From NCBI GenBank assembly GCA_047285805.1, contig JBJBCN010000002.1, positions 320,001 to 384,000 of the forward strand: 64,000 nt of DNA, given 5' to 3'. Shown piece after piece: positions 9,891-18,458 of this stretch. Position 1 is the stretch's first letter. Each line of letters opens with the position of its first letter. The translations under genes and the position numbers were made by a program. Source of the DNA: Synechococcus sp. (GTDB lineage: Bacteria; Cyanobacteriota; Cyanobacteriia; PCC-6307; Cyanobiaceae). Below the pieces are notes generated by a model that was not told the origin of the DNA, did no database searches, and worked only from the letters and a program-made list of their open reading frames with translations.

Positions 9891-11155
9891 AGCTTCTCGA
9901 TGCAGAACTGCAGCGCGCCGTAGCACTGCTGGAGTTCTGCATCGCTTGTGCAAAGGGGCGGTAGCAGGTACACGACATTGCCCAGGGGTCTGAGGTAGAC
10001 CCCCTGCTCGATGCAGTGGCGCTGGACGACCTTGCCGATCGGGTTCAGATAACTGTTCTCGCCAGCCTCGATCTCGAAGGCAGCCACGGTGCCGGTGCAG
10101 CGGACGTCCCGCACCTTGGGGTGCTGTGCGAGGGCTTCGAGATGCGGTTGATGGCGGGCCTCAAAGCCCTTGTAGGCCTTTGGGTTGGCCTCAAGCAGAT
10201 CCAGGCTGGCGAGGGCAGCGGCGCAACCCAAGGGGTTCGCAGTAAAGCTGTGGCCGTGGAAAAAAGTGGCGGTGGGCTCGCTGTCGCTGATGAAGCCGGC
10301 GTAGATGCGCTCACTGGCCATGGTTACCGCCATCGGCAAGAAACCGCCGGTGAGTCCTTTGGAGAGTGCCACAAGGTCAGGCTGAATCCCGGCCCGCTGG
10401 CAGGCAAACAGCGCCCCGGTCCTGCCGAAGCCGGTCATCACCTCATCGGCAATCAGCAGGCCTCCACTGGCTTGCACCTCATCGGCGACGGCCTTAAGGA
10501 ATTCAGGGCGCACCATGCGCATGCCGGCGGCCCCCTGGATGAGGGGTTCGACGATCAGGGCGGCAGTGGGGGTCTGGAGCGCCTCGCGCAAGGCTGCGAG
10601 GGCGACCGCTTCGCGCTCCGCCACGGTCTCATCACCCCAGTGGGTGGCCGGCAGCGGCAGTCGGGTCACATCAAAGAGCAGGTCGTCGAAGGCTTCGGTG
10701 AAGACCGAGCGATCACCGACGGCCATCGCCCCAAAAGTGTCGCCGTGATAGGCCCCTTCAAAGGCAATCAATTGGCGGCGTTCACTGCCTTGGTTCCGCC
10801 ACCACTGCCAGGCCATCTTCAGGGCCACCTCGACGGCGCTGGAGCCGTTGTCGGAGAAGAAGAGCCGCTCCAGACCGATGTGGGCACTGAGGCGGTTGGC
10901 GAGTTGTTCGGCTGGCCCGTGGCTGAAGTTGGCGAAGATCACCTGCTCCAGCGCTTGGGCTTGGCGCCCAATGGCGGCGGCGATGTTCGGCTCGGCATGG
11001 CCATGGAGGGTGACCCACCAACTGCTGATGGCATCGATCAGCTCACGGCCGTCTTCGAGTTCCAGCAGGGACCCTTTTGCCCGCACCACCCGTTGGGGCG
11101 CGTCGCTGCGCGCTACTTGGGTGATCGGGTGCCAGAGGTGGGGGTGCCAGGCCAT
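9887..11155 (-). CDS. bioA: Adenosylmethionine-8-amino-7-oxononanoate aminotransferase
   Basis: LWHPITQ, DAISSWWVTLHGH, DNGSSAVEVALK, IADEVMTGFGRTG, SKGLTGG. Confidence 0.96.
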   Translation of the reverse strand: MAWHPHLWHPITQVARSDAPQRVVRAKGSLLELEDGRELIDAISSWWVTLHGHAEPNIAAAIGRQAQALEQVIFANFSHGPAEQLANRLSAHIGLERLFFSDNGSSAVEVALKMAWQWWRNQGSERRQLIAFEGAYHGDTFGAMAVGDRSVFTEAFDDLLFDVTRLPLPATHWGDETVAEREAVALAALREALQTPTAALIVEPLIQGAAGMRMVRPEFLKAVADEVQASGGLLIADEVMTGFGRTGALFACQRAGIQPDLVALSKGLTGGFLPMAVTMASERIYAGFISDSEPTATFFHGHSFTANPLGCAAALASLDLLEANPKAYKGFEARHQPHLEALAQHPKVRDVRCTGTVAAFEIEAGENSYLNPIGKVVQRHCIEQGVYLRPLGNVVYLLPPLCTSDAELQQCYGALQFCIEKL

Positions 11156-11158
11156 GGC

Positions 11159-12847
11159 TTAAGCGATGGCGCTGACGGCCTGCTGCAGGGCCAGGCGACG
11201 GTCCAGGCCGGTGCGCTCAGGCGGCAATTTCTTGTAGAGCCCGAGCTTCTCCAGACGGCGTTTGGTGGTGCCCGTAGCCCCAACCACAAAGACCTCACGG
11301 CCCTTCTCGATGGCCTCCTCCACCGCGTTCTCTACAGCCAGGGCGGCGGTCACCCCCAGGTGGGAGACCTCGGTGAGGTCGAAGACCACGGCGCGGCAAT
11401 CACCAATGGCGTTGTGCTCGCGGCCGATCGCCTTGGCGACACCGAAGATCATCGCCCCGTTGAGCTGGAAGAGCAGGACCTGACCGCGGGCGGCGTCGAG
11501 CAGTTGACGTTCTTCATCGCTGATTTCCAGGTCGCCGTCGCCGGTGCTGATCGACTTGACGCTCTTGCTTTGCAGAGCACTCATCTTGTCGATCGTGAGG
11601 ATGTTGGCGATGAAGACGCCAACGCCCACTGCGGCGATCAGGTCCACCAAAACGGTTAGTGCGATCACCAGATACATGATCAGTGCGCCGCTGATCGAGA
11701 TGCGGTGGGCGCGCTGGATGAAGCCCCAGTCGACGATGTCGACACCGACCTTTAAGGCGATCCCCGCGAGGACGGCTTGGGGGATTTGGGCTGCCACGCT
11801 GGTGAGGGCGAGGATCACCACCATCAAGATCAGGGCTCGGCTAATGCCTGAGAGAGCGCTGCGGCCGCCGCTCTGGATGTTGACCACGGTGCCCATGGTG
11901 GCGCCGGCGCCAGGCAGACCACCGAAGAGGCCGGAGGCGAGGTTCCCGAGGCCTTGGCCGATCAGTTCTTTGTTGGAGTTGTGCTCGGTGCGGGTGATGC
12001 TGTCGGCCACAACCGACGTAAGTAGGGCATCGATGCAGCCGAGCATGCCAAGCACGGCCGCATCCACAAACATCAGTTGCAATTCGCCCAGCTCAAAGTG
12101 GGGGATCTGCAGGGCGGGGAACCCTGAGGCGATTTCTCCTATGCGGCGGATCTCTTCGCCGCCGCTGCCCGAGAGCAGCGTGAGGGAGAGCACGGTGCCC
12201 ACCACCAGAGCAATCAGCTGTGGTGGCGCAATTTTTTTGACGGCTGCTGGGGTCAACCACAGGATCGCCATGGTGATCACCGCCAGGGTGATCTCGGTGG
12301 GCCGCGCGTTGGCGAGCAGTTGGGGCAGGTTGTTGAGCGTGCCCATGACGCCGCCCTTGGGGCTGGCCTGACCGAGGAATGGTCCCAGCTGGAGAATGAT
12401 CAGGATGAGACCGATCCCGCTCATGAAGCCCGAGATAACCGTGTAGGGCATCTGGGTCACGTAGCGACCGAGCCGCAGCAGACCAAAGGCGATCTGAAAG
12501 ACGCCCGCGAGCATGACCACGGTGAAGGCCATGGCCAGGCCGTGCTCGGGGTTGCGAGCGGTCAAGCTCGCAATGACGGTCGTCATCACCACGGTCATCG
12601 GACCGGTGGGCTCCGAGATCAGGCTCGGGGTACCGCCGAAAAGGGCCGCAAAGAGGCCCACCAGCACCGCACCCCAGAGGCCGGCGGCCGCACCGGCTCC
12701 AGACGCGACGCCGAAGGCCAGGGCCATGGGCAGAGCGATCACCGCGGCGGTGACACCGCCAAAGAGATCCCCTTTGATGTTGTTGGTGCTGATCTGATTC
12801 AGCAGGCGAAAACTTGACGCTCGTGGGGAGGTCGACGCCGGGGTCAT
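11159..12847 (-). CDS. bicA: SulP-family bicarbonate transporter (BicA-like) with STAS domain
   Basis: GDLFGGVTAAVIALPMALAFG, ISEPTGPM, GATMGTVVN, C-terminal STAS domain. Confidence 0.88.
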   Translation of the reverse strand: MTPASTSPRASSFRLLNQISTNNIKGDLFGGVTAAVIALPMALAFGVASGAGAAAGLWGAVLVGLFAALFGGTPSLISEPTGPMTVVMTTVIASLTARNPEHGLAMAFTVVMLAGVFQIAFGLLRLGRYVTQMPYTVISGFMSGIGLILIILQLGPFLGQASPKGGVMGTLNNLPQLLANARPTEITLAVITMAILWLTPAAVKKIAPPQLIALVVGTVLSLTLLSGSGGEEIRRIGEIASGFPALQIPHFELGELQLMFVDAAVLGMLGCIDALLTSVVADSITRTEHNSNKELIGQGLGNLASGLFGGLPGAGATMGTVVNIQSGGRSALSGISRALILMVVILALTSVAAQIPQAVLAGIALKVGVDIVDWGFIQRAHRISISGALIMYLVIALTVLVDLIAAVGVGVFIANILTIDKMSALQSKSVKSISTGDGDLEISDEERQLLDAARGQVLLFQLNGAMIFGVAKAIGREHNAIGDCRAVVFDLTEVSHLGVTAALAVENAVEEAIEKGREVFVVGATGTTKRRLEKLGLYKKLPPERTGLDRRLALQQAVSAIA

Positions 12848-12957
12848 GACCGCTGCGGAGGGGGCCAAAACGCTACGCCTGAGCCGAATCATTTGGGGCT
12901 CGGCCGGCAGCGCGTTAGTGAATCGGGCATCCTGAGGTCTCGACCTTCGTGCGACCA

Positions 12958-14067
12958 ATGGGCGAGCCCACCAGCCTGGCGGCCCTGGAGGCCAGCTTTG
13001 AGCGGGAAGCGCGCCTGGATCAGTCCTATGTCGTGCTGACGGTTGCGGCGAGCTTGATCGCCACGTTGGGTCTGTTGGCTGACAGCGCTGCGGTCGTGAT
13101 CGGGGCCATGTTGATTGCCCCCTGGATCCTGCCCCTGCGCAGCGCCTCCTTCGCGATCCTGGAGGGCCGGTTGGCGCTCGTGGGCCGGGCCCTTCTGACG
13201 CTGGCCGTGGGGGTGGCGATCACGGTGTTGACTTCAGCGGCACTGGGGTTGGTGGCCCATCTGCCCGTGCTGGGTGATGAGGTGCTCGGACGCACCACCC
13301 CCAATCTTCTGGATTTGGGGATTGCCCTGGTGGCGGGCTCGGTGGCCACTTATGGCCGTCTGAAACCGGAAGCGGTCTCCTCCATGGCAGGAACGGCCAT
13401 CGCGGTGGCCCTGGTGCCGCCTGTCTGTGTGCTCGGATTGCTGCTGGCTTTGCAGCAATGGGACCCTGCCAAGGGGGCGGCTTTGCTGTTTGCCGCAAAC
13501 CTGCTCGGCATTCTGTCGGGGGGCTTGCTGACTTTGGTGGCCACCCAGGCCAGCCTGCGCCAGCAGCTGTTCCGCAGCCAGATGGGCCTGGTCAGCTTGC
13601 TACTGACCGGATTGCTCTTGATCCCGCTGACGGGTGGCTTTGTGACGCTGCTGGGTCAAGCGCAGCAGAGGCAGGCCCTGGAAGAGGTGGAGCGGGCGAT
13701 CACTGAAAGCCTGCGTCAGCGCACTCTTACCCTCGGGCGGGATTCTGAGCTCACCGACGTCAAGATTGATTGGAGTCAGAACCCACCCTTGATCAAGGCA
13801 GCGGTGCGGGTGAGCCGGCCGAACTTGCCGACCCCCAAGCAAGTCGCGGCCGTTCAAGATTTCATTAATCGGACCCAGAAATTCCGCTACCGCCTTTTGG
13901 TTCAGCGGGTTTCGATCGATGTGATCGGTCCTGAAACCGAACCCAACCCTGAGCCGATCCCGGTTGAGGAACCCAAGGAGCAGGCCCCAGAACCGGCTGA
14001 GCCGGCACCGGTACCGGCACCGGTGCCTCCTACTCCTTCCGTGATGGCCCCGGCTCCCCCCGCTTAA
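12958..14067 (+). CDS. DUF389 membrane protein
   Basis: IATLGLLADSAAVVIGAMLIAP, RTTPNLLDLGIAL, GTAIAVALVPP. Confidence 0.88.
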   Translation: MGEPTSLAALEASFEREARLDQSYVVLTVAASLIATLGLLADSAAVVIGAMLIAPWILPLRSASFAILEGRLALVGRALLTLAVGVAITVLTSAALGLVAHLPVLGDEVLGRTTPNLLDLGIALVAGSVATYGRLKPEAVSSMAGTAIAVALVPPVCVLGLLLALQQWDPAKGAALLFAANLLGILSGGLLTLVATQASLRQQLFRSQMGLVSLLLTGLLLIPLTGGFVTLLGQAQQRQALEEVERAITESLRQRTLTLGRDSELTDVKIDWSQNPPLIKAAVRVSRPNLPTPKQVAAVQDFINRTQKFRYRLLVQRVSIDVIGPETEPNPEPIPVEEPKEQAPEPAEPAPVPAPVPPTPSVMAPAPPA

Positions 14068-14123
14068 CGGTCAGGAGACATTTCGTCTGTTCTGTGCACA
14101 ATTGGGCCAGTCCGCTGCTGGCC

Positions 14124-15209
14124 ATGCCTGACGCCCTCACCTTCCTGGAGATCGTCGCCGGCATTTTGCTCCTCTTTGGCGGGGGGGAGTTGTTCGTGGC
14201 AGGGGCCGTTGCGCTCTCGCTGCTGCTCGGCATCCCTCAAATCGTCATTGGTTTGACGGTGGTTGCCTTTGGTACTAGTGCTCCTGAGTTGTTTGTGAGC
14301 CTGCTCTCGACTCTTCAGGGCAGCACAGGCGGTGATTCGATTGCCGTAAGCAATGTCCTTGGCTCCAACATCTTCAATGTGATGGTGGTGCTGGGCGCCA
14401 GCGCGGCGATAACGTCCCTGCGGGTGCGCAGTCGCTTGGTGCGGCGTGATGTGCCTTTGTTGCTCTCGGTGTCGATGGCCACGTGGGCCATGGCCTCATC
14501 CGGCAGCTTCACTTGGGTAGCAGGTCTGGCCCTGTTGACGGCCCTGGTCATCACGCTGGTGTGGGAAGTCCGCTCAGCCCGGGAAGACCACGAGGAAGGG
14601 CTCGATGACATTGACGCCGAGGGGGCTTCAACCACCCCGGTGGCCCTGTTCAAGTTGGTCGTGGGCCTGGCGCTGCTGGTGGTGGGTTCCCAAGTGTTGA
14701 TCAAGGGAGCCATCGCTGCGGCCCAAAGCTTGGGGGTCAGCGAGGCGGTCATTGGTCTGACGATTGTCTCGGCCGGGACCTCAATGCCCGAGCTGGTGAC
14801 CTCTCTGGTTGCCGCCTATCGGGGTAAGGCGGATTTGGCGATCGGCAACGTGGTGGGTAGCAACCTGCTGAACCAACTGCTGATCCTCGGCCTGTGTGCT
14901 CTTGTTTCCGGTCAGGACGGTCTCCTGGTCAGTCCGGAGCTGCTCCGCCGTGACTTCCCTGTAATGGTGCTGACGACCCTGGCTTGCCTACCGATTTTCT
15001 GGAGCGGCGGGGTGATCAACCGTCTTGAAGGTTGGCTGTTGCTTGGGGCATATGGCCTCTATCTGATTGAACAGATCCTGAGCAGCACAGCGGCACCGGG
15101 AATCGATGAATTCAGGCTCTTTGTCCTGGTGGCAGTCTTCCCTCTAGTGCTTGTGTTCCTAACCTGGACATCCCTGAGCTGGCTGCAACAGCGCAAGGCC
15201 GCTGGCTAG
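14124..15209 (+). CDS. Calcium/sodium antiporter (YrbG-like)
   Basis: Two alpha-repeats GTSAPE / GTSMPE and GSNIFN / GSNLLN. Confidence 0.92.
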   Translation: MPDALTFLEIVAGILLLFGGGELFVAGAVALSLLLGIPQIVIGLTVVAFGTSAPELFVSLLSTLQGSTGGDSIAVSNVLGSNIFNVMVVLGASAAITSLRVRSRLVRRDVPLLLSVSMATWAMASSGSFTWVAGLALLTALVITLVWEVRSAREDHEEGLDDIDAEGASTTPVALFKLVVGLALLVVGSQVLIKGAIAAAQSLGVSEAVIGLTIVSAGTSMPELVTSLVAAYRGKADLAIGNVVGSNLLNQLLILGLCALVSGQDGLLVSPELLRRDFPVMVLTTLACLPIFWSGGVINRLEGWLLLGAYGLYLIEQILSSTAAPGIDEFRLFVLVAVFPLVLVFLTWTSLSWLQQRKAAG

Positions 15210-15221
15210 AGAGCCGGCGCT

Positions 15222-15440
15222 TCAGTTGAGAACGACACCGGGGAGCATGGACACGCTGAGCCCGGCCGCGGTGGCATCGGAGTAAAGGCTCTCGCTGCTC
15301 TCCCGGTTCAAGTTCACCTTGCCGGAGCAAATCAGCTCCCAGGTGTCACTGGCGAAGTGGGTCTGCAGCCAAAGCATCCCGACGACACTGCGGTGCTTAA
15401 GGTTGTAACTCGCTCCGACGGACGTCAAGGTGATGTCCAT
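15222..15440 (-). CDS. Small conserved hypothetical protein
   Basis: MDITL...SVVGMLWLQTHF..WE motif recognised from picocyanobacteria. Confidence 0.6.
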   Translation of the reverse strand: MDITLTSVGASYNLKHRSVVGMLWLQTHFASDTWELICSGKVNLNRESSESLYSDATAAGLSVSMLPGVVLN

Positions 15441-15447
15441 GGCCCAT

Positions 15448-15478
15448 AAAAAGCTCCCCCTATTGCAGAGGGAGGAGC
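15448..15478 (-). terminator. Intrinsic terminator downstream of the DUF4278 gene
   Basis: GC-rich stem (GCTCC...GGAGC) followed by TTTTT on the minus strand. Confidence 0.55.
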
Positions 15479-15540
15479 CGGATGCTGATGTATCAAAGCG
15501 AACCAAAACCAAAACCAATGGCCTTGGTTTTGGTTCGTGA

Positions 15541-15756
15541 TCAGCCTTGGTTGACTTCGGCCGCGGCTTCCGCCTGACGGTGGCGGTAGTGGTGGCCGCG
15601 ATACAGAAGGTCAACGGAGGCGTCGACGGAAGCGGCTTCGTGGCGGAGAGAGGCCTCGAAGTGCTGACCCCGATAAGCGTGCTGAACAGGGGTGGCGGCG
15701 GGCTGTTCGTGACTGGCGGTCTCGTAACTGATGCCGCGGTATTGCAGTTTGCTCAT
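15541..15756 (-). CDS. DUF4278 (YRG-repeat) small protein
   Basis: Three YRG motifs: LQYRGISY, HAYRGQHF, LLYRGHHY. Confidence 0.85.
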   Translation of the reverse strand: MSKLQYRGISYETASHEQPAATPVQHAYRGQHFEASLRHEAASVDASVDLLYRGHHYRHRQAEAAAEVNQG

Positions 15757-15807
15757 GGTGTTCATCGGGCCTCGAAGGGTCGGTGGGTTGTCCGCTTCGT
15801 GGAAGGA

Positions 15808-15873
15808 GCGTTGCTTCGCCTAGCGGTGGGCTACTTCCGGTGGAGCCAGGCCGAAAGGGGGCTCCCTCAACGT
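15808..15873 (-). ncRNA. Glutamine riboswitch (glnA-type)
   Basis: Minus strand CGTTG-[GGAGCC..GGCTCC stem]-CCGGAAGTA-[stem]-GAAGCAACG; P1 CGTTG/CAACG; 5' of the DUF4278 gene. Confidence 0.8.
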
Positions 15874-16122
15874 TTTGTCCTTCAGAAGCATTTCTAGCTA
15901 ATCGGCAATGTTCAAAATGAACAAAATGGACCTATCTATACACTTTGCAATGCATGATGTGATGACTTGAACATTTTTCCTTCACATTCCCTCTCGTGTC
16001 TTGGTCGTCTTTGTCGGTCAAATTGCGAATTGGTAGCGACTGAAACCTTGACGGAGTTGTTTCATGAGGAACAGTGTTAGGCAATGGCGGTAATCCGTCA
16101 TCCACCCAGCGACTGCTTTTTG

Positions 16123-17580
16123 ATGACTGTTGCTTCTGCGTCTCGGCCTCGGCCGAAGAGCCTGCAGGAAGCGAGTTTGCTCGAGGGACCGCAGCTCCTC
16201 CTCCGCAAGGTGCGAGGTCTTTCCTCCGGCCGCTCGTTGACCTGGCTGGCCTGTGTACCCCTGGCTCTCTTCGGTCTGGGTGTCTTCAACCTCTCAGCTC
16301 ACGCAACCGAGTTGCCAGAGCTCAATGCAGCCTTCTTGGCTAACAACATGTGGCTCTTGGTGGCCACGATCCTGGTGATCTTCATGAACGCCGGTTTCGC
16401 CATGGTCGAAGCCGGGATGTGCCGCCAGAAGAACGCCGTCAACATTCTTGCCAAGAACCTTTTCGTGTTCGCCCTTGCGGTGACCGCTTATTGGTTCATT
16501 GGTTACTCGCTGATGTACGGCGGCTCCGTCGCAGACGGCTGGTTCTATTTCAACGGACTGTTCTTTGACCCCACTGTCACCGCTGAGATGGTGACAGACG
16601 GAAGTCTGGTCCCCACAGTTGACTTCCTCTTCCAGGCCGCTTTCGCCGGCACCGCTGCCACAATTGTTTCCGGTCTGGTGGCTGAGCGCGTCAAGTTCGG
16701 CGAGTTTGTGATCTTCGCCCTCGTTCTGACCGCTTTCATCTACCCGGTCTCCGGTTCCTGGCAGTGGAATGGCGGCTGGCTGAGCGAGCTCGGCTTCATT
16801 GATTTCGCTGGCTCCTCCATCGTTCACTCTGTAGGCGCTTGGGCTGGTCTGGTGGGCGCCATGCTGCTTGGACCCCGTATTGGCAAGTTCGTGGGCGGCA
16901 AGCCCCAGGCCATCCCTGGCCACAACATGTCGATCGCAACCCTCGGCGCGCTGATCCTTTGGATCGGCTGGTACGGCTTCAACCCCGGCTCCGAGCTGGC
17001 GATGGACCAGTACGTGCCTTACGTGGCTGTGACCACCACCCTGGCTGCTGCTGGCGGTGCTATAGCGGCCACCATCGTTTCTACCGTGACTTCGGGTAAG
17101 CCTGACCTAACGATGATCATCAACGGCATCCTGGCCGGTCTCGTTAGCATCACCGCAGGTTGCGGCAACATGACCCTGGTGGGTTCCTGGGTCGCCGGTG
17201 CCGTTGGAGGCATCATCGTCGTCTTCGCCGTCTCCGCACTCGACGCCGCTGGCATCGATGATCCCGTTGGCGCCTTCTCCGTGCACGGCGTGTGCGGCGT
17301 CTGGGGCACCCTTGTGATTGGCCTCTGGGGCGTGGATGGCATGGATGTTGGCTCCGCCGGCATCGGCCTGCTCAACGGTGGCGGCATCAGCCAGCTGGGT
17401 ATTCAGGCTCTGGGCTGTGCGGCTTACGCCATCTGGACCATCTTCACCTGCTGGATTGCCTGGTCGGTAATCGGCGGTCTTTTCGGCGGCATCCGCGTCA
17501 CCGAGCAAGAAGAGATAGAAGGTCTCGACATCGGCGAGCACGGCATGGAGGCTTACCCCGATTTCGCTTCGGCGAAGTGA
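16123..17580 (+). CDS. amt1: Ammonium transporter
   Basis: FMNAGFAMVEAG, DFAGSSIVH, WIGWYGFNPGS, IDDPVGAFSVHG. Confidence 0.97.
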   Translation: MTVASASRPRPKSLQEASLLEGPQLLLRKVRGLSSGRSLTWLACVPLALFGLGVFNLSAHATELPELNAAFLANNMWLLVATILVIFMNAGFAMVEAGMCRQKNAVNILAKNLFVFALAVTAYWFIGYSLMYGGSVADGWFYFNGLFFDPTVTAEMVTDGSLVPTVDFLFQAAFAGTAATIVSGLVAERVKFGEFVIFALVLTAFIYPVSGSWQWNGGWLSELGFIDFAGSSIVHSVGAWAGLVGAMLLGPRIGKFVGGKPQAIPGHNMSIATLGALILWIGWYGFNPGSELAMDQYVPYVAVTTTLAAAGGAIAATIVSTVTSGKPDLTMIINGILAGLVSITAGCGNMTLVGSWVAGAVGGIIVVFAVSALDAAGIDDPVGAFSVHGVCGVWGTLVIGLWGVDGMDVGSAGIGLLNGGGISQLGIQALGCAAYAIWTIFTCWIAWSVIGGLFGGIRVTEQEEIEGLDIGEHGMEAYPDFASAK

Positions 17581-17601
17581 TCCTCCGACCTGTTCTCCCT
17601 G

Positions 17602-17625
17602 GGCCCGCTTTGGCGGGCCTTTTTT
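17602..17625 (+). terminator. Intrinsic terminator of amt1
   Basis: GGCCCGC-TTTG-GCGGGCC-TTTTTT. Confidence 0.85.
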
Positions 17626-17885
17626 GTGGGCTGGCTGAGCTGGCCTGTGAGCATGCAAGCCAAAGGCTGTCCAGCTTTTGCCCTGCACGCGCTGCGGTGC
17701 TCGCTTGATCACCAAAACCGAGCAGCAGCCTGTGCGCTTGGTTTGCGCGGAGTGCCAGCAGGTGTTCGTCCGTTTTGGAGCGTTACTCCACTGCTCGGCC
17801 TGGTGGTCGTTCCACTGCTGGTGATGAGACTTTCGCCGCGAATTGGGCGGGTCCCCCAGGCGCCCCGCACCCAATTTGGGCGCCA

Positions 17886-18314
17886 CTAGATGAAGTACAT
17901 CGCCTGAGCCTGCAGGAGTGCATCCCGTTGCGCGACGAGGTCTGCCAGGGTTGTGGACTCCAGCAGAGCTCGCCGCTGCTCCGCAAGCTGATTGTCGAGC
18001 GAGTGCACGACCTGTCGCTCCATGCTCGGCTGGTCCATTTGTTGCGCTTCGGATTTGCCCTCCAGGCAGTCGAGCACCTCGCTGAGCTGGATCGCTGCTG
18101 CCGGTCTGGCCAGTTGGTAGCCCCCCCTGGGGCCGCGGCTGCTGTTAAGTAGGCCCCTTTTGCGCAGGCTGGTCAGCATTTGCTCGAGGTAGCGCTCTGG
18201 GATGCCCTGGCGCTGGGCGATGACGGAGACCTGCAGCCGTCCCCCTTGGGCCTGGATGCCAGCGAGCTCAATCAGGGCCAGTAGTCCGTAGCTGGTTTTG
18301 GCGTTGAAGGACAA
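17886..18314 (-). CDS. Rrf2-family regulator lacking the three-Cys Fe-S motif (CymR-like)
   Basis: YGLLALIELA, IPERYLEQML, SRGPRGGYQLAR; only one Cys. Confidence 0.88.
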   Translation of the reverse strand: MSFNAKTSYGLLALIELAGIQAQGGRLQVSVIAQRQGIPERYLEQMLTSLRKRGLLNSSRGPRGGYQLARPAAAIQLSEVLDCLEGKSEAQQMDQPSMERQVVHSLDNQLAEQRRALLESTTLADLVAQRDALLQAQAMYFI

Positions 18315-18458
18315 CGGCGGCGCTCGGTTTATTTTACGGTAAAGTACTTGGGAATTTCTGACGCTGAGTCGATAGTTGATGATTACGTTCTGATGTCCCT
18401 GTTCCGTCTAAGCCGTATTTCCCGACCTCATTGCCGAGTTTTCAGCCCTGTAGGCTGA

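Noticed and set aside
10016..11659. 547-aa plus ORF and similar long opposite-strand ORFs (3102..4298, 21804..23087, 41221..42480)
   Set aside because: High-GC codon shadows of well-identified genes
16033..16046. NtcA-like site GTA-N8-AAC upstream of amt1 (another at 15490-15503)
   Set aside because: Mismatch to GTA-N8-TAC and no clear -10 at the expected distance; plausible but unsupported
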